Positions 26,201-35,286 of a stretch of DNA of 64,000 bases are shown here, piece by piece. Numbering within the stretch: the stretch's first letter is position 1; every line of letters begins with the position of its first letter. The DNA is taken from contig CAZIBY010000001.1 in NCBI GenBank assembly GCA_964537475.1, positions 476,938-540,937 of the forward strand, written 5' to 3'. Both the position numbers and the translations under genes were made by a program. The notes beneath the pieces are model-generated. The model ran no database searches and was not told the origin of the DNA. It saw only the letters and a program-made list of their open reading frames with translations. Origin of the DNA: an uncultured Chitinophagaceae bacterium (GTDB lineage: Bacteria > Bacteroidota > Bacteroidia > Chitinophagales > LD1).

Positions 26201-29115
26201 CATACATTGCCCGATCCTTCATTTGCAAATTGGCACGAGAAGGAAGGAACATCACCGGGATTCGGATTGGTAGGACCGAGAGCCGCTGGTAGCAGCCATT
26301 GATAGTGAGACACATACCCCTGAGAGGTAGAGGTAAAGGTGAGCGGATTGAGCGGAGACGCATTGGCCTGGCAGGTGATGGTATCACTCATGGCAAAATT
26401 GGCCACCACGCTATCAGAGACGATCCTTCGTGTAATGATAGCACTACACCCGAAAGTATCTATGATGGTCAGTGCCGCAGTATACGTATTGTATCCTGAG
26501 TAAATATGCGTAGGAGCCGGGGTGACATTGTCTGTGGTACCGTCGCCAAAACTCCATACGAAGCTGCCCGGCCGGCTACCAAAGCTATAGAACGTTGTAT
26601 TGGTAAAGTGTGCGGAGAAAGGGCTGCAGTCTGCCGTATCGCTCACTGTAAAGCTAGGCCGTGGACCGGAGATAATGACATATGATGGCTTGCAGATCGT
26701 ATCCACACAGCCTCCTGGATATGTCAGCTGCGCACAAACCTGATACGCCGTCGTAGCTACCATTACGGGTTTGCATATCGGGCCTAAATAGTTAGGATTA
26801 GACGTGTTAAAAATAGGTGAGCCATTATTAGCAGTCACACTCCAGACCACATTGCTTGGTACAGAAGCATTAGGATTAGTATATATCAGACGGATCGTAT
26901 CCCGAAATGTATTGGGCGAACAGAGAACCCTGGTGCCATTGGTAGTAAAATCTACACCGGAGCATGGGAGTAAGAAGGTATCGGTCTTGGTATGCTGGCA
27001 GCCTGTAGCAAAATTGTATGCCGTGAGAGATATGCCATGACGGCTTCCACAACCACCAGATAGGTTTACAGTCAGTACGTGTTGATTGTGGTAGTGGACA
27101 TTATCTACTATCCACTCCAGAGAGTCGGCGCCGATACTAGTACTGGTATAAGTCACTGCACTGGAACCATCGCATCCGAGCACCTTTGTAAATTGCGCCG
27201 CAGGAGCCAGGATATTGACTGAATCTACCATACATACTGTATCACCCCTGCAGGTACCTGCGTTTGCCGTATAGCATGGATAAAAACTACCAATATCATG
27301 ATAAATATAGCAGCCGACCCAGTAGTGGGCAGAGTCCGACAGTTGGGTCACTGCAGAATTTCCGAGTCCCTGCGGCCAGAAAGTCACCGCAGTAGGCGTG
27401 TCTGTACCGCTCACCACGGCTAGCAGATGATTGCAGCCCTGCTCATAGCATATATCCATCGGATCGATAGTCAGCGTTACGCTCGGTTTGCCGCTCACGC
27501 AGATAGTGTCATGAAGTACATCCGAGCAACCAAAACTATTGGTCAAAGAGAGTGTATAAGGGTGACATCCCTTCACACTATACCTGACCAAAACTGAATC
27601 CTGGCCCAATTGCGTGGTCGTAGCGCCAGGGAAATTCCAGTTCACTGTCGTGAAAGGCCTTCCCAGGGTAGTATTGACCACTATAAAGCTGTCATTCACA
27701 CACCCATTTCGCAGCTGGTATACGGATGCCCTGGCATGTAGTGGCTGCACAGACACGAGATTATTTCGGATCAGTGTAGAGGTACAGCCGGCAGGATCTG
27801 TTACTCTGAGGATCGGCGTATAGTTCTGATAGGATGTGAGTGTCACAGAGGTACCTGTGGGGCTGGAAGGCGAGGTCCCTCCCTGAGGAAGCCAGGAAAA
27901 AGTGCAGCCAGGACAAGCAGCACCTGTATAATTCAGATTGACAGTGTACGGTATCGTGCAGGAGTACGTATCTACCGTAGTAAAGTTGATAGCTACAGGT
28001 TGTCCTATGGTCACGGCAGTAGGATTAGTCAGGGTATCCAGACAGCCTCCCGCGTAGTACACGATCAGCTGCGCACTATAGGTGCCCGCAGTGGCATAGC
28101 TTGCTGATACGCATCCGCTGCTGGTGCTGTTGGCACTGGACGGCGACCCACCCGGAAAATTCCAGGTGTACGATAGCGCACCTGGTGTACAGGAGCAAAA
28201 ACTAGCGTTGGCCGGTGCACAACGTGATCCTGGAGTCACAGTAAAGCAGGCAGCAGCATAACTGCCCACCGTGATATAGTTGCTGCGTACCATTGTATCC
28301 GAGCATCCGGTCAGCGAGTCTATAGTGATCAGTTTCACACTATAGGTGCCGCTGGTATAGGCATGCGAGAAGGTGCTGGAGTGCCCACTCTGAGCGGGGG
28401 TGCCGCTGTTATTGATATACCAGTTATAGATCGTAGTCGCGTTGCCACCCGTAGCAGTCATAACGCTGGTCATAGGAGAGGCGCACCCGCTGAGTGGTGC
28501 TCCTGTGAAACTGGCCTGGGGTCGCGGATATATAGTGATCGGAGCAAAACTGGAGTCGGAGGTGCAGCCACAGGCATCGGTGATGATCACACCGGGATGA
28601 TATGTGCCCTGCAGCGTATAGGTGTGTGCAGATGGTACAGTCGTATCTATCCGTCCCTGGCGCCAGTCTATCAGGTAGCTGAGCGGCCCGCAGCCGGGAT
28701 CATAGGTGCTTGCATCAGTATAGGTCACCGTCTGTCCCAGGCACGTATTGTACGTAGACATACTACCCCTGATCACCGGTGGGCAGTGTACTATGAAATT
28801 GCTGTCTACCAGCGTACAGGTATTGCCCCCTACTGTGGTAGTCATCGTCACTTTTACCCTTCCGCATACATTCATTTGCGCTGAGGCCTGTGAGTTATTG
28901 ACCACAGATATACTGGTGGTGTTTGCAAACCGGATCACCCAGTTGGTATTGGTAGCGCCTGGCGTCGTGTTTTCCAGGTTAAGTACGTAGTTGCCTTTGC
29001 AGCCGGTGCGTTGATTAGCAGATAGCGTGCACTGCCCAAAAACTTGACCGGCCATCAGGGTCAGAAAAACAATGGAAGAAAAAATAGCATTTTTCCTGAT
29101 AGTAGAACTCTTCAT
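23269..29115 (-). CDS. Giant (1948 aa) cell-surface adhesin with PKD-like repeats and a gliding-motility-associated C-terminal (CHU_C / type-B T9SS) domain
   Basis: Repeated W.FGDG motifs (WSFGDGTTD, WDFGDGSHTD, WDFGDGTPAD, WWFGDGTTGS). C-terminal IPNTFTPNADGNNDVFRIRG...IYDRWGNLVHD...VFVYVFEV. Confidence 0.9.
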   Translation of the reverse strand: MKSSTIRKNAIFSSIVFLTLMAGQVFGQCTLSANQRTGCKGNYVLNLENTTPGATNTNWVIRFANTTSISVVNNSQASAQMNVCGRVKVTMTTTVGGNTCTLVDSNFIVHCPPVIRGSMSTYNTCLGQTVTYTDASTYDPGCGPLSYLIDWRQGRIDTTVPSAHTYTLQGTYHPGVIITDACGCTSDSSFAPITIYPRPQASFTGAPLSGCASPMTSVMTATGGNATTIYNWYINNSGTPAQSGHSSTFSHAYTSGTYSVKLITIDSLTGCSDTMVRSNYITVGSYAAACFTVTPGSRCAPANASFCSCTPGALSYTWNFPGGSPSSANSTSSGCVSASYATAGTYSAQLIVYYAGGCLDTLTNPTAVTIGQPVAINFTTVDTYSCTIPYTVNLNYTGAACPGCTFSWLPQGGTSPSSPTGTSVTLTSYQNYTPILRVTDPAGCTSTLIRNNLVSVQPLHARASVYQLRNGCVNDSFIVVNTTLGRPFTTVNWNFPGATTTQLGQDSVLVRYSVKGCHPYTLSLTNSFGCSDVLHDTICVSGKPSVTLTIDPMDICYEQGCNHLLAVVSGTDTPTAVTFWPQGLGNSAVTQLSDSAHYWVGCYIYHDIGSFYPCYTANAGTCRGDTVCMVDSVNILAPAAQFTKVLGCDGSSAVTYTSTSIGADSLEWIVDNVHYHNQHVLTVNLSGGCGSRHGISLTAYNFATGCQHTKTDTFLLPCSGVDFTTNGTRVLCSPNTFRDTIRLIYTNPNASVPSNVVWSVTANNGSPIFNTSNPNYLGPICKPVMVATTAYQVCAQLTYPGGCVDTICKPSYVIISGPRPSFTVSDTADCSPFSAHFTNTTFYSFGSRPGSFVWSFGDGTTDNVTPAPTHIYSGYNTYTAALTIIDTFGCSAIITRRIVSDSVVANFAMSDTITCQANASPLNPLTFTSTSQGYVSHYQWLLPAALGPTNPNPGDVPSFSCQFANEGSGNVCLIAVDQFNTCRDTICKSITVRNPEADYTFRNLQDTANLCPLIVVNPFLDTSRYDICSYYWDFGDGSHTDTARDPAHIYYRPGTYTITHIVQSCHGCSDTSRRFTIRAKGPVVHMTSEKVGGCGCTPVRLFLSSYDADSLVIQSDNGTPSFINMPIPRGTVANPTLDTVTITYCNINVYRPYVRSWQLPDTSCMQLYTLEDPTGDSIPVVIDTPTVDFTDTFQACGSNTVCFTKQTTYNSIYSYTVQRAWDFGDGTPADSTPNPCHTYALPGDYNVTLSVRTNLGCTGSLTKHVHVQAAPVARLVMDDTIGCVPLLLHFMDSSMVDDSTSIVSGQWNIGYNNITYNTYQDTSYLYTVGGNYIASLTITDGYGCSDTAYQNIVVKPIATLNVGPDQTICLGSSATLSASGSPPLHWEPYYNIDTTNNAAPVVTPQMDTFYVARAGDVPRCYTYDTVHVYVSTIGGSSSATGLCLGQTTQFTATAQVTHSSVSSYLWWFGDGTTGSGQTVSHSYLAPGTYNDTLVLVSALGCRDTVYNSLTLGDRPHAVLSVAPTSICLGTPVTVTNNSTAGISAPLAAFGIDMQSDGVPEFTTSPDTYTYNIAGAYTVTLIQTDANGCVDTARQSVVVHHIPTSSIRADTNCIDRPNTIAGNWTIGDGAISHYHWSVNGVVQPDDSAVIHRTFMAPSTYHVCFAVEDVYGCQSADSCNDIVIIAEPIDTVYPNKDTTICLGYSVGFHVTGLFGSVQWTPPSYIDNPNDTDVVITPRQPMQYLLHVYFGHCTPKIDTVTVYVIDSVPVEASANPENIVLGLSSDVSSTVKGTIDSIVWDPDSTLSCRTCRNPIARPHQTTTYNATIYYSKNGVTCSNRASVTVTVITSCDNSLIYIPNTFTPNADGNNDVFRIRGQGITKVNYFRIYDRWGNLVHDISNADTPEDAAWNGGKRNDKARPENSGVFVYVFEVVCTTGQTISGKGNVTLIR

Positions 29116-29226
29116 GTAATTACTTCATTAACTAGGGTATACTGATAAAGATAACATAAACAACGTTAAAGTTGCACCTTAGCTGCGCCAATAATGCGTT
29201 TTTTTTCACACACATCACAGGCATAG

Positions 29227-29271
29227 CTAAAAATGGTAATATGCCCTTAATGCATCAGGGCATATTACCAT
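29227..29271 (-). terminator. Rho-independent terminator separating the two adhesin-PorP modules
   Basis: Perfect 14-bp stem atggtaatatgccc / gggcatattaccat, 11-nt loop, followed on the minus strand by ttttag. Confidence 0.7.
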
Positions 29272-29301
29272 CTTCTATCGGCGGCCTGGGGGATCAGGCT
29301 A

Positions 29302-30309
29302 TCACCATTGTGCACAAGACACGTTGGTCTTAGGCACATATTTTTTCTTCTTATAGATGTAGATCACACCGATCTCTATCGCACCTACTGTATTAGACGC
29401 TCTGCGTAGGTTAGATACATTGATATCATAGGCCACACCCAGGGCAAATTGCCTGTAGTCCAGCCTCACATTAGGTATCAGGGCATCGCCCCCCTCCTGT
29501 CCGCCAAAGCGGGCATTGAATCCAAACGTAAATGAATTGACCGAATTGTAACGCTCACCAAAGAGTATCTGGCCGGCAGCTCCTACATTGGCCTGAAAGC
29601 TCGGTCCCTGCGCCATAAAGAGCACCGTCGGCACCAGATTCCATCTGTTTTTGATGGCTATCACAGCACCACCATGGCCCACAAACTTAGAAGCGAGGCG
29701 CTCGCCGCTCACATCAGAGAAAGATTCCTTGGGCTGGGATACGTGAGCGTATGCAAAACCGAGGTACATGCTCACCTTTTTCTTGAAATCCACATTGTAT
29801 CTCACCCCCACAGTCGCATCAAAAGCAAAATTCAGCTTGCCTATAGACTCGGCTATCGGCGTGGGGAAAAGTGCATTACCATTCCGGAATTGTTTAGCCA
29901 TGATCTCCCCTGCCAGGCCCAGCGCTATAGAGTGCTTGACACGGTATCCGAATGCCTTTGAGTAAGCGATACTCACAGTACCATCTGTCAGCGTGAGAGC
30001 CTGGTCACCAGCGGCATCCCTTATGAAGCTGCCGCCTATGCCCAGATAGTCCTGCTTGCGCCGGCCCAGGCGTATATCACCATCCGCATAGGCGCCATAG
30101 GTCTCATACTTAGTCCCCCCCATCGGAGAGCCTACTGTAAACCACTGCCTGCGGTAAATAAATCCGAAACGTGCGTCTCCCTCAAAAAATCCGGTCATAG
30201 CAGGATTGAGGTATGTCGGCATCATGTGATATTGTGAGAAGTGAGGGTCCTGAGCCTTCAGGCCCACCGCTCCGGCACATAGTAATATCAGGTATAAAAC
30301 CTTCTTCAT
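29302..30309 (-). CDS. PorP/SprF-family type IX secretion membrane protein
   Basis: AQDPHFSQYHMMPTYLNPAMTG signature. Located 9 nt downstream of the 30319 adhesin gene. Confidence 0.9.
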   Translation of the reverse strand: MKKVLYLILLCAGAVGLKAQDPHFSQYHMMPTYLNPAMTGFFEGDARFGFIYRRQWFTVGSPMGGTKYETYGAYADGDIRLGRRKQDYLGIGGSFIRDAAGDQALTLTDGTVSIAYSKAFGYRVKHSIALGLAGEIMAKQFRNGNALFPTPIAESIGKLNFAFDATVGVRYNVDFKKKVSMYLGFAYAHVSQPKESFSDVSGERLASKFVGHGGAVIAIKNRWNLVPTVLFMAQGPSFQANVGAAGQILFGERYNSVNSFTFGFNARFGGQEGGDALIPNVRLDYRQFALGVAYDINVSNLRRASNTVGAIEIGVIYIYKKKKYVPKTNVSCAQW

Positions 30310-30318
30310 TCCTGCTTT

Positions 30319-32337
30319 TTATTTGATTAAAGATATATTGCCACCCTGTATCCGCTTGTGATCCTCATAGGCCAGTTTGTATTCTATGGCATAGGTAAAT
30401 ACGGCAGTATTCAGTGGCCGGTTCGTATTATATACATCCGTACCATCCCAGTAGAAATCCGGATCGGTAGACTCATAGACCTTATTGCCCCATCTGTCAT
30501 ATATCCAGATATGAAAGGTCTCAAGAGTGCTCTGGTATTGTATGAGCTTAAAATTATCGTTTATACCGTCATTATTAGGCGTGAAGGTATTAGGCACCAC
30601 CATTTTAGACGAGTCTTCCAGTACCAGTACCGTAGCAGTATCATGTAGCTCGCAGGCCTGGCCATATATCAGCGTCACAGTATAGGTGGTAGATACCTGT
30701 GGCTTGTCATAGATTATTGTACTACCGGTAGAGTTGTCTATATACGGCACCCAGTAGGCATTTTTTACAGGCACATTGTTGAATGCCGTGAGCGTAGCCG
30801 TCTCTCCGCGGTAGATGGAGTATGGCCCGGCCAGCGCTATGTAGGCGTTGTAGCCCGGTACCGTGCCAGATAGTATCACCGAGCAGCCCACTGCGTCCTT
30901 TACAGTCACGGTATACGCACCTACAGTCAGTCCACCGGCCACATTGGTCGTACTACCATTGCTCCAGTGGTATGTCAGCGGCATCACCCCTGAGGCTTGC
31001 ACCACCAGTGCACCATTGCTTTCTATCTTGCATATCGTATCCGGAGGCAGTATCTGTGCAGTAGGGCCCTGAGTGGTCTTTACACTATCACGCAGTGTAT
31101 CTGCGCAGCCGTGGCTATCGGTTATGATGACTATCACTGAGTCTCCTGTCATACCATAGGCAGAATCTGCCGGCGTAGCAGGAGTACCCTGAGACCATAC
31201 AAATGTATAGGGAGGTGTACCGCCGCCGCTCAGCACGATGCCTGTGCCATCATGCTTGCCGCAGTGGTCAGGTGTCACGCGCAGGGTATCGGTCAGTTTG
31301 GCCGCCGGGCCCGGTACGATGATCGTATCGGCTACATTGGTGCAGCCGCTATTACTCACAGAAAAGATATAGGTGCCGGCAGGTATACCCACCGCAGAGT
31401 CAGTATGGTTCGATGCGCTATAGTTCCACGAGTATACACAGCCGCTGCCGCCACAGTTGCCCACCGTCACGATGATAGAGCCATTGCTCTGTCCGTAGCA
31501 CTGCTCCGGCACCACAGCTACATTGTCAAAAGTCGGCGTTGTACTATTATCTGCCAGTACGATATTACCGGTAGTAGCGCTACAGCCCGTAGATGCATCG
31601 TAGACTATTACAGTATATGTATCTGGCAAAAGATTACTGGCCAGTGCATTGGTGCCTGATTGTATCAGCGTACCATTTTTATAGAAATCGATCCGGCTGG
31701 TCGGTGGTTGAGGTTGCACATTCACCTGTATACTGCCATTATTCCGGTTACACGACGGCTGGATAATTGTATTGACACTGATAGACACATCCTTTGCCTT
31801 CACAGTTTTACTGGCTGTCGCAGTACACCCGTTTGCATCTGTAGATACGACCGTGAATGTATAGCTGCCGGGCGTAGGAGGCGTACCTGATGTCACATAC
31901 AGCGGATTGCTGGTAGAGGTGCCTGTCAGCGTCCCCCCGCTCCATACATAAGTGGCCGTAGGGTTGTTGGCATTGGCTACGAGGGTATCCTGCCCGTTCA
32001 CACAGAAGGAATCCCGTGCAGCCACGATACTCACCGTCGCTGCCGGGGTAGAGGCTATGGTATAGGGTACATTTACCGAGTCTACGCCATCCCATACTGT
32101 CACCGTGCCGGAGCCGGCAGGTTGGTTATTGATGGTAGTAGTGGTCAGGCCGCTGGGGTACCAGTGGTACTGGTAGCTGCCAGTCCCGCCGGTAGCGTTG
32201 GCCGTAGCAGTACCACTGCTGGGGCCGCAGCTAGAGGTGGTCGTCACGGTCGCGCCGAGCGCCTGGGCATACCCGCTGGCGGAGAATAGCAGCAGGCTGG
32301 TCAGGCCCAGAAATATCTTAAAGCAGAGATTCTTCAT
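30319..32337 (-). CDS. CHU_C (type-B T9SS C-terminal domain) adhesin with SprB-like repeats
   Basis: Repeats of the type GGTGSYQYHWYPSG, GGTPPYTFVWSQG and PLTYHWSNG. C-terminal VPNTFTPNNDGINDNFKL...IYDRWGNKVYES. Confidence 0.9.
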   Translation of the reverse strand: MKNLCFKIFLGLTSLLLFSASGYAQALGATVTTTSSCGPSSGTATANATGGTGSYQYHWYPSGLTTTTINNQPAGSGTVTVWDGVDSVNVPYTIASTPAATVSIVAARDSFCVNGQDTLVANANNPTATYVWSGGTLTGTSTSNPLYVTSGTPPTPGSYTFTVVSTDANGCTATASKTVKAKDVSISVNTIIQPSCNRNNGSIQVNVQPQPPTSRIDFYKNGTLIQSGTNALASNLLPDTYTVIVYDASTGCSATTGNIVLADNSTTPTFDNVAVVPEQCYGQSNGSIIVTVGNCGGSGCVYSWNYSASNHTDSAVGIPAGTYIFSVSNSGCTNVADTIIVPGPAAKLTDTLRVTPDHCGKHDGTGIVLSGGGTPPYTFVWSQGTPATPADSAYGMTGDSVIVIITDSHGCADTLRDSVKTTQGPTAQILPPDTICKIESNGALVVQASGVMPLTYHWSNGSTTNVAGGLTVGAYTVTVKDAVGCSVILSGTVPGYNAYIALAGPYSIYRGETATLTAFNNVPVKNAYWVPYIDNSTGSTIIYDKPQVSTTYTVTLIYGQACELHDTATVLVLEDSSKMVVPNTFTPNNDGINDNFKLIQYQSTLETFHIWIYDRWGNKVYESTDPDFYWDGTDVYNTNRPLNTAVFTYAIEYKLAYEDHKRIQGGNISLIK

Positions 32338-32454
32338 CTTTGATTTTTACAGCAGAAAAAAGGATTTGTTACAAAAAAACCGCGAATAAACTTAGCCATA
32401 GCGCTAATTGTATCAAAAACAAGATACTAACACATAGACGGCCTATATATACAA

Positions 32455-33288
32455 ATGGCTGCAAAGCGCGACACCCGCCGGAAAGCCCTACCTTTGTTAA
32501 AAATCTCCCGGTACGTGAAACACGGCATCGCATCTCTCAGCATCATACCTATGCGGCAGGGGCCAAACCACCGCAGCGAGATGGTATCGCAGCTCCTCTT
32601 TGGCGAGACCTACGAGGTGCTCGATATCAAAAATAACTGGGTGCAGATCCGCTGCACGCTCGATGGCTACGAGGGCTGGATAGATGCCGCTCAACATACC
32701 GCTATGCTGGAGAAGGATTTTCGCCTGGTGACCATAGACAATGTAGGTGTGGCCATAGACCTCTTCTACTCCGCCACCTCCAGTGACAAGTCTGTGACCC
32801 TGGTCACGGGCGCCTCCCTCCCGTTCTTTGACGGGATCAACTTCAAACTCGGTAAGGAAAAATACATCTACAACGGGCAGGCCGTGATGAGCGATCAGAT
32901 ACGCACCGTCAATATGCTGGAGAAGGTAGCCCTGCGCTTCCTCAATGCGCCCTACCTCTGGGGTGGTCGCAGCCCGCTGGGCATAGACTGCTCAGGGTTT
33001 GTACAGGTACTGTACAAGTGTATCGGCACCTGGCTGCCGCGCGATGCCTACCAGCAGGCCGAGGTAGGCCGTGTCATCAATTTTGCTGAAGAAGCCACAC
33101 TCGGCGACCTCGCTTTTTTCAGCAATGAGGAGGGCAAGATCACACACGTAGGCATGATACTAAAGGACAAGCGCATCATCCACGCCTCGGGCCGCGTGCG
33201 CATAGATACCTTTGACCACTTCGGCATCTTCAACGCTGAGACCAATAAGTACTCCCACCAGCTCAAGATCATCAGGAGGATACTCTGA
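32455..33288 (+). CDS. C40 (NlpC/P60) peptidoglycan endopeptidase with N-terminal SH3-like domain
   Basis: SEMVSQLLFGETYEVL (SH3b-like), the catalytic Cys in YLWGGRSPLGIDCSGFVQ, and a downstream ITHVGM His. A GTG at 32515 (VKHGIASLS...) is an alternative start. Confidence 0.9.
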   Translation: MAAKRDTRRKALPLLKISRYVKHGIASLSIIPMRQGPNHRSEMVSQLLFGETYEVLDIKNNWVQIRCTLDGYEGWIDAAQHTAMLEKDFRLVTIDNVGVAIDLFYSATSSDKSVTLVTGASLPFFDGINFKLGKEKYIYNGQAVMSDQIRTVNMLEKVALRFLNAPYLWGGRSPLGIDCSGFVQVLYKCIGTWLPRDAYQQAEVGRVINFAEEATLGDLAFFSNEEGKITHVGMILKDKRIIHASGRVRIDTFDHFGIFNAETNKYSHQLKIIRRIL

Positions 33289-33354
33289 TAGTAGTATTAC
33301 TAAATTTTATATTTGACTTTCCTGTTCCGCCATTCTTGTATTTTAATTAATACC

Positions 33355-33542
33355 GGCCTTGCGCACTTTGCCGTTAAGAAGCAACTGCGTCGCATGGCAA
33401 GGTTGGCGGTCACTGTTTGAGCCATCCTACAGAATAAATCAAAAGATAAAAAAGCTTTGCATCGGCTTAAATTCCGTCAGTAGACGGCGAGTTTGACCGG
33501 CAGCGGGTGGGTGCAGTTGTTTTAGGCAAAGTGCGCAGAGCC
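33355..33542. other. 188-nt element closed by an 18-nt inverted repeat (structured RNA or MITE-like repeat pair)
   Basis: ggccttgcgcactttgcc (33355-33372) pairs 17/18 with ggcaaagtgcgcagagcc (33525-33542). A second helix is caactgc (33382-33388) / gcagttg (33513-33519). An internal hairpin is ccgtc-agta-gacgg. No ORF. Confidence 0.35.
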
Positions 33543-33661
33543 TTGATCTTTTGTTTCTTTTGGATCAAGCCAAAAGAAAGGCAGAGTATAAATTCTCTAC
33601 ACTAAAAGTCACATTAGTACCGCTGTATGCTTTGCGTTTCCGCGCTTTTGCAGTTAGATCA

Positions 33662-33988
33662 TTAGCCCTCCAGAAACTTCTGGCAAGCCTCCGCACACTC
33701 CTTGCACATCTTACTGCACTTGCGGCAGTGATCATTGTCATGCTTGCCGCACTCATCCCCACAGGCCTCGCACACCTCTGCGCATAGCTTCAGGTAGCTT
33801 TCTTTATTCTCAGAGTCGCGGCTCAGGATAGATGCCGTGAGGCGGCAGATATCCGCACACTCACGGTCCAGCTCTATACAGCGGGTCATCATCATCACAT
33901 TCTCCTCATTCAGGCAGGCGCTAAAGCAGTAGTCACATGTAGCAGCACACCCCATCAGTTGCTCGGTCAGTTTATCTTGTCCCATCAT
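33662..33988 (-). CDS. Cys-rich four-helix-bundle copper-binding protein (DUF326-like)
   Basis: Repeated C..C...C patterns: CAATCDYCFSACL, ECADICR, CAEVCEACGDECGKH, HCRKCSKMCKECAEAC. Confidence 0.85.
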   Translation of the reverse strand: MMGQDKLTEQLMGCAATCDYCFSACLNEENVMMMTRCIELDRECADICRLTASILSRDSENKESYLKLCAEVCEACGDECGKHDNDHCRKCSKMCKECAEACQKFLEG

Positions 33989-34015
33989 TTCACATTTATC
34001 TGGTTTGGTAAATAT

Positions 34016-34432
34016 CTATCTCTCGGCAGCCATCAGCGCCACATAGTCCTGCACGATACGCTCATGATCAAAGGCCAGGTTAAATTGTTCCGGCTCACGT
34101 GTCAGCACCAGGTCCTCCGCGTCAGAACCCGCCTCCATCACACCGGATACCGGGTGCGCCAGAAATGCTACCGACACATACCGCCCTCTCGGATCCCTGT
34201 CTGGATCAGAGTAGACGCCTATCACATGGTCCAGCGCGATGGTCAGCCCTGTCTCTTCTTTTGCCTCGCGTATGGCTGCGGCCTCTATCGTCTCGCCACT
34301 TTCCATCTTGCCACCTGGCAGGCCCCATTCGCCTTTATATGGTTCGCTCTTGCGCTTGGCCAGCACTACAGATCCATCTGCCAGCCGTATCACGATATCC
34401 GCCGTCAATATGATCATTTCTTTATCTTCCAT
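34016..34432 (-). CDS. NUDIX hydrolase
   Basis: Nudix box GGKMESGETIEAAAIREAKEETG. Confidence 0.9.
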   Translation of the reverse strand: MEDKEMIILTADIVIRLADGSVVLAKRKSEPYKGEWGLPGGKMESGETIEAAAIREAKEETGLTIALDHVIGVYSDPDRDPRGRYVSVAFLAHPVSGVMEAGSDAEDLVLTREPEQFNLAFDHERIVQDYVALMAAER

Positions 34433-34473
34433 CGCAGCCTCCCGTTTTCAATTATCAATTGTCAGTTATCAAT

Positions 34474-34962
34474 TTACTTAGCTTTTGCCTGCTTCTCGTA
34501 TAGGCCCACCAGCTCACCTTCTGCCAGTATGTGTCCTGTCATCGCCTTTATCAGTTCCTCTTTGCTTGAGCCTTCTTTCAGGCCGAGCATTTGGTCCAGC
34601 GCATATATTTTAAAGAAATAGTGATGCTGGCCTTTGGGCGGGCATGGGCCCATATAGCGGTTTTCACCGCGCTCGTTTTTCCCTTGTGTGCCGGGCCGTG
34701 CACCCTCTTTTATCATACGGGTATCAGCGGGTATATTCCAGGCTATCCAGTGGGTCACCACCTTTTTATCCGCATCCGGATCGTCCACCACTATCGCCAG
34801 GCTTTTGGTATGGGTCGGCACCTCGCCTATCAGCAGCGGCGGACTTATATTTTCACCCTCACAGGTGTATTTCACAGGTATATCACCATTGGCCTTGAAT
34901 GCCGGGCTCGTGAGCGGAAAGCTGACCTTGCTTATCATCAGTAGCATGATTAAAAAGTTCAT
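34474..34962 (-). CDS. YbhB/YbcL-family (PEBP / Raf-kinase-inhibitor-like) protein, secreted
   Basis: SPPLLIGEVP..TKSLAIVVDDPDA, HWIAWNIP, YMGPCPPKGQHHYFFKIYALD. Confidence 0.9.
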   Translation of the reverse strand: MNFLIMLLMISKVSFPLTSPAFKANGDIPVKYTCEGENISPPLLIGEVPTHTKSLAIVVDDPDADKKVVTHWIAWNIPADTRMIKEGARPGTQGKNERGENRYMGPCPPKGQHHYFFKIYALDQMLGLKEGSSKEELIKAMTGHILAEGELVGLYEKQAKAK

Positions 34963-35022
34963 GATATGAGATTTATGGATGGATGAAAAAGAAGTCCGGC
35001 CATATGCCGGACCTTCCCGATT

Positions 35023-35286
35023 CTACTTTTCAGACTTGTGAGAAGAAGACCTGCCAGAGGACGACGACCGCGGAGATGAGGAGTGGCTCCTCGACGAGCC
35101 CTTTGATGAGCTCGATTTTTTAGGCACCTTGCCTCCTTCCTTGCGGGCCTCAGACAGGCCTATCGCTATCGCCTGTTTCTTGCTGGTCACTTTCTTGTCG
35201 CTGTTGCCGGATTTGAGTTTGCCTTCATGCATCTCATGCATGGCTTTTTCCACTTTTTCACCGGCCTTTTTTCCATACTTTGCCAT
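35023..35286 (-). CDS. Small basic protein (DUF6496-like) with Ser/Lys-rich tail
   Basis: From the internal ATG: MAKYGKKAGEKVEKAMHEMHEGKLKSG...KKQAIAIGLSEARKEGGKVP. The upstream part of the track ORF was trimmed. Confidence 0.65.
   Translation of the reverse strand: MAKYGKKAGEKVEKAMHEMHEGKLKSGNSDKKVTSKKQAIAIGLSEARKEGGKVPKKSSSSKGSSRSHSSSPRSSSSGRSSSHKSEK

Noticed and set aside
33355-33542. Confident assignment as 6S RNA
   Set aside because: The rod-with-bubble shape and size are suggestive. However, the closing-helix arms resemble a dispersed REP-like repeat family, and I cannot verify conserved 6S features without a covariance-model search. It is kept as an open finding rather than an RNA gene call.
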